Assembly (NCBI RefSeq): GCF_009914755.1 | Contig: NC_060942.1 | Source: the human T2T-CHM13v2.0 reference genome, Homo sapiens | Length of the DNA: 64,000 nt | Reading direction: 5' to 3' (one strand) | Shown: one piece after another, positions 58,511 to 64,000 of the stretch | How the letters are laid out: the number at the start of each line of letters is the position of its first letter | Position numbering within the stretch: the stretch's first letter is position 1 | The notes under the pieces: generated by a model | The model's database searches: none | What the model saw: the letters and a program-made list of their open reading frames with translations, nothing else | Told to the model about the DNA's origin: nothing | Position numbers and translations under genes: made by a program

Positions 58511-60029
58511 GCACTGGACTGGTCTAGAAAACCCAGGAGATAAACAGAAAAATATAAACCAGAGAACTATGTCAGAGTGGAAGATGAAAGAAAAAGGCAG
58601 AAAGAAAATCGATGCTGCTGAGAAAATAAGAAGAATGAGGCTAAAACACCACCCTCTTCAGATTAAGTTACAAGGGAACCACTGTGACATTTGAGGACAC
58701 AATTTCAATAGAGTGACAGAGAAAGGAAGCTAGACTGCAAAACTAAGGGGCTATGAGGAAAGAGGAAATTGAGATGTCTTGCTGCAAAAGGAAAGCAATA
58801 AATAGACTAGAAGAGACAGCAAGGTCAGGCAAAAGCATTTTGGTTTTCTTGTGTGCTTTTTGAAATGGAATAAAGCCTGGCCTTGTTTGAAAGTGGTTGC
58901 AAGGGAGCCCTAATATGTGGGTGGTGCCAAGTAGTGGTAATAGGAAGAGGTGGAGGGGGCATCAAGGGCACGAGGGAAAGGGTTAGCTCTGGAGGAGGAA
59001 GAAAGATGGCTGCCTCTGCCTGCAACTGGGAGGCAGCCACAGAGATGAAGATACATCAACACAAAACTGAGAGGAATGGGCGAGTTCAATTCTTCCAAAT
59101 TAGCTTTAATCTTTTCAGTAAAACCAGAGTTAGGTTATCTGCCAAGAGCGAGAATGAGGTTTATACGGCCATAATCTATATACTGAACTAATCCATGTAG
59201 TGCTTAGAATGACCAAAAAGGTAATAAGATTATCCGAAGAACAGAGGAGACTGGAGAAAGGAAGCCCAAAGTATGATTGTAAAGATTCTCTGCAAAATCT
59301 CCTTTGTGAATCAGAACTGAAATTTACATCCCCTCCTCCCCATGAACAGAAACACAACAAACTATTAATAACCCCTTGTGTCTAAAGTTTCTTTGTATTC
59401 ATGTTTTAAGATATTTGACAGAGAAATAGTATCTTCTCTACTGTTAAATAGGAGAACTAATATGCAGATAAATTTTCCTGTTTGACTTAAAACTACAAAG
59501 AACATCAGGGCCAGAACTGGAATTGATATCCAGGAGCCTTTCTGATACTTGCACTGTGCTGACCTCAGCTCTACTAAACACTTCTCATAAACGGCCTGGA
59601 TGCAGCTAACTGCCCCTAGAGAATCCCAGACACAGCACAAACTTGGGAAGCATCAAAATCAACGCATGATGCCCACAAGAGTCTAAGATTCTCCTTATGT
59701 GGCCCTGGGTCACAGTACAGTTCTTTGGAAATTAGAGGGCAAGTTTGATAATTTGATTGCAACATATTTGCATATCTATAACATGATGTCCTTAAAAGAA
59801 CACACCATAATTATTTAATGTAAGGATTTAATGACTCTATTTTCATTCTCAATTAACATTTCCTTATTGCCAGAAGTACACTGGGGCTGGCACAACTGGA
59901 AAAAGCAAAGAGGGTAATTATTTAGCCTGCATTACTGATGAAAAGGGCAACAGGCAAAGCTAAAGCAATCCACAATTCACCTTGTATGTGAATTACATGT
60001 GTATTACAATGTGTAATCAGGAAATTTAT

Positions 60030-60325
60030 CTTTTTTAGTTTATTTTATTTTATTTTTGAGACAGGGTCTCACTCTGTCAGCCAGGCTGGAGTGCAGTGGG
60101 GGGAACTTGGCTCACTGCAACCTCCGCCTCCCAGGTTCAAGCGAATCTTACGCCTCAGCCTACCGAGTAGCGGGACTACAGGCGCCTGCCACCACACCCG
60201 GCTAATTTTTGTATTTTTGATAAAGACGGGGTTTCACCATGTTGGCCAGGCTGGTCTCCAACTCCTGACCTCAGGTGATCTGCCTGCCTCTGGGATTACA
60301 GGCATGAGCCACTGGGCCCTGCCAG
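60030..60325 (-). mobile_element. Alu
   Basis: TSD caggaaatttatctt. Confidence 0.93.
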
Positions 60326-61238
60326 GAAATTTATCTTAAAGAGAGAGATTTAAGTTTCCTCCCTCTCATCTTCTTTCAGGAAATACATCCCCCGCCCCCC
60401 GCCCCCCGCCCCCCAGCTAAGCTAAACTCTGTCTTGATTTTCACTTCTAAAAAGAAGTAAAATCAGCCACCTCCTTAGCCACAGGTTGGGTTTAGCAGCT
60501 TCTCATTCTTTCCTTCTTTCTTCCAGTGTTTACTGAGATCCTGCTTCCATGGAGGCAGAGTGCTCGGCAGGTGGGACCAACACTCGGACTGCGCTCTCAA
60601 GGAGAATCAACCAGTAGAGGACTTGGGACTGGGGCTTACGTGCCCACAGCGCAAGGCAGGAATTGATAAGAGCCAAGGAGAGGAGGTGATAATGAGTCAA
60701 AGGGCAGTCACTCGGGAAAACCCTTTGTAGAGGATGGAGCATCTACTCCTGCGCTTAGTGAAACCTGTTAGACAGAGAGGCATATGAGAAATGCCTCCCA
60801 GGAGGCAGGCCCAGCGAGAACACGAGGCCATGAAAGCCCGCCAGCTAGCCACCCCATGAGCCACCTAACCTGACTCCTCCACAGTCCACTCGCCTCCAAG
60901 GCAGACAGCCTTGGGAGGCTCTTCCCAAACTTCATGCCACATTTGCTTCCTCCCACTTCTCTACCTATGTGTTTTAATCTAAAAACAAAGGTCTTTTGGC
61001 TGCTAATCTTTGAATGCAATAGATGCTGCAGGAAGAAGCACTGGGGTTTATCCCTCCAGCACATGGAGGCAGGAGCGCCCCGTGGCCTAGGTCTCCTCAC
61101 GCCCAGATGCAGTTCTCCAAACTCTATAAACAGTAAGCTGTCTCATCCAACCCTCCATCTGGCTGTTATGCCTTCCATTTTCTCTATTTTGTTACTTGAT
61201 AGTTATTGTTGGTACCAGAATGCAAGAAAAAATTCAAG

Positions 61239-61853
61239 CTCTTTCTGTAGCCTCTTGGCCAGGGGTAATCTCTGAAAATGGTTTGCCTATCCCTTGACCC
61301 AGAAAACTCCACAAAATCATGCAAACCAAGGGACTCAAATCTTTATGTTCGCTTTAAGAACACCCATGTAACTGTGCAGGCCATCAAGGTATGCATACCC
61401 AAAAAACCACCAAGTACCTGAAAGATGTCACTTTTCAGAGGCACTGTGTGCCTTTCCGTCATTACAAAGGTGGAGCTGACATGTGTGCCCAGGCCAAACA
61501 ATGGGGCTGGACACAGGATTGGTGGCCCAAAAATGTGTTGAATTTTTGCTGCATGTGCTTAAAAATGCAGAGAACAATGCTGAACTTCAGGGTTTAGAGG
61601 TAGATTCTTGGATCATTGAGCACATTCAGTTGAGCAAAGCCAAGATATACACCATATTTACAGAGCTCATGGTCAGATTAACCCATATGAGAGATCCCCC
61701 TGCTACATGGAGATGATCCTCGCTGAAAAGGAACAAATTGTTTCTAAACCAGAAGAGATATTTACACACAAGAAAAAGGTATCCCACAAGAAACTGAAGA
61801 AACAACATGGCCTAGGAATACATTCAGTATAAGATAAATGCAAATAATAGTTT
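61239..61853 (+). pseudogene. RPL17P46: Processed pseudogene of ribosomal protein L17 (uL22)
   Basis: TOP-like CTCTTTC start, ATG at 61278, decayed DPENxTKSCK, [23 protein letters not shown], EFLLHxLKNAExNAE, EMILxEKEQIV; frameshifts, no introns. The P-number is from recall only. Confidence 0.93.
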
Positions 61854-62828
<975 letters not shown>

Positions 62829-63010
62829 CTACCTGAGATATTAATTACTCCCACACCATCACCAACACCCCTACTTCCAAAAGGTAATTATGAACTTCTG
62901 TAAACATTTTTCAGTTGAACTGGTTAAGTCTATAGCAGTCTATCAACTGTGTTGAACTACAGTGTCTAACAGAATCAGTTGAGTCCTGAAACTGTTCTGT
63001 GCTGTCTTAC

Positions 63011-63075
63011 CTGAGCTAGGCAATGAGGAGCCCAGCGTGGCTAGCTTCTTGCTCTGTGCTCATCCTCATGAAGGG
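63011..63075 (-). other. MRO: Probable distal alternative non-coding first exon of MRO (5' end uncertain)
   Basis: Strong donor CAG|gtaaga at 63011/63010 in unique sequence; distance agrees with the recalled ~30-kb MRO span; contains a 17-aa uORF (63069-63016). Confidence 0.5.
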
Positions 63076-64000
63076 TGAATATGAATCAATCTAGAAACAT
63101 CTCTGTCCTTTAAACAAGCTTGCAGTGAACAATAAGCCACATTTTGTCCTTAAGGATGAAACATAGGCCAGATTAGAGTTTTATCACAAGAGAGAAATAC
63201 GTAATAAGGCCTCTGCTATCTGCCCCTGATAATTGCTAGTGATACATTCTAAATGATGCAGTTTTGCAAACTTCTAAGATTCTCACATTACATTTCCTAT
63301 TTGTGCGAGGGCCCAGTGAGAAAGCTACACATGTTTTATTGTGGAAGAGAACAAAATCAGTAAACGGCACCACGAGACATCAAACCAATCCTGCAGACAA
63401 CACTGCCTATGATTTCTGCTCTTAACACCTCAAAGTGTTCTTAGGCTATTTGTCATTTTCTCCTCTCAACCTTGGAAAGGTCATTCTTGTGCTTCTTTGA
63501 CATATAGGGAAATTTGGGGGAGTGGAGAAGAGTGAGTGGGGAACTTCCCCAAAGTCCCAAAGCTAGTTGATGGGATTGGGATCTAAATGTTTGGCTTCCT
63601 CTTGTGCTTTGTCCAGCCAGTCATTCTATGGATTCTGCCTTTCACCTCTAAAGGCAGAGTTCTTATTCCCATGGCCTTCCTTCCTCCCACTTTTTAAAAA
63701 TCTTTTCTCAACTTGTTTTCTTCTCTGCCCCCTCCCCCACCCCCACCTGCCTTGTTTCTATTTTAAGTTTGTTTTGAGCATTGCTTAACATATTCCTTCC
63801 TCTCATAGTCTTAACATTCCACGGCTTGTCCCTCAATTTTATACTTAGAGTAGAATCCAGTCGAATCCCACAAAGCGACAAACCTGTAGGCGTTTTATGA
63901 CAATGAGTGTAATGTCAGGCACAATGTGACCAATAAAACAATAAACCCATGCCCAAAAGTGCTTTACCAGGCCTGCTGCCGTGATAAAGATCCAGTCCAT

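Noticed and set aside
60360-60742. Plus-strand splice acceptors (60379, 60527) suggesting an antisense transcript
   Set aside because: Pyrimidine-AG motifs are common; no matching donor or ORF support.
61278-61830. Functional RPL17 copy
   Set aside because: In-frame stop and frameshifts split the homology over several frames.

Overview
Primate, almost certainly human, genomic DNA: dense in Alu, L1, MaLR/ERV, MIR and MER repeats, with an AluYb-lineage insertion. The right half holds the minus-strand gene MRO (maestro, HEAT-repeat protein; recalled as chr18q21). I reconstructed it by hand: six coding exons (47101->37021) give a 248-aa protein. An alternative start at 57616 gives a 262-aa form when the 103-nt exon at 47003-47105 is skipped. 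There is a long 3'UTR to about 32.8 kb, a CpG-rich promoter at about 57.2-57.9 kb and a probable distal first exon at about 63.0 kb. Two processed pseudogenes (HNRNPA3-derived, RPL17-derived) lie antisense in MRO introns. The left about 32 kb is intergenic: a near full-length old L1 with nested LTRs and Alus, an internally deleted MST element and a MER61-like ERV1 remnant. Almost all ORFs in the supplied track are repeat-derived noise. I found no demonstrably new biological system. The best leads are: (i) a frame-switch exon that turns the upstream MRO start into a 110-aa overlapping uORF; (ii) an HNRNPA3 retrocopy whose 3' end is duplicated ahead of its 5' end within one TSD pair; (iii) an all-phase-0 exon block flanked by inverted Alus; (iv) NR5A1/SOX motif clusters. 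Repeat subfamily names are by-eye calls and their boundaries are approximate.
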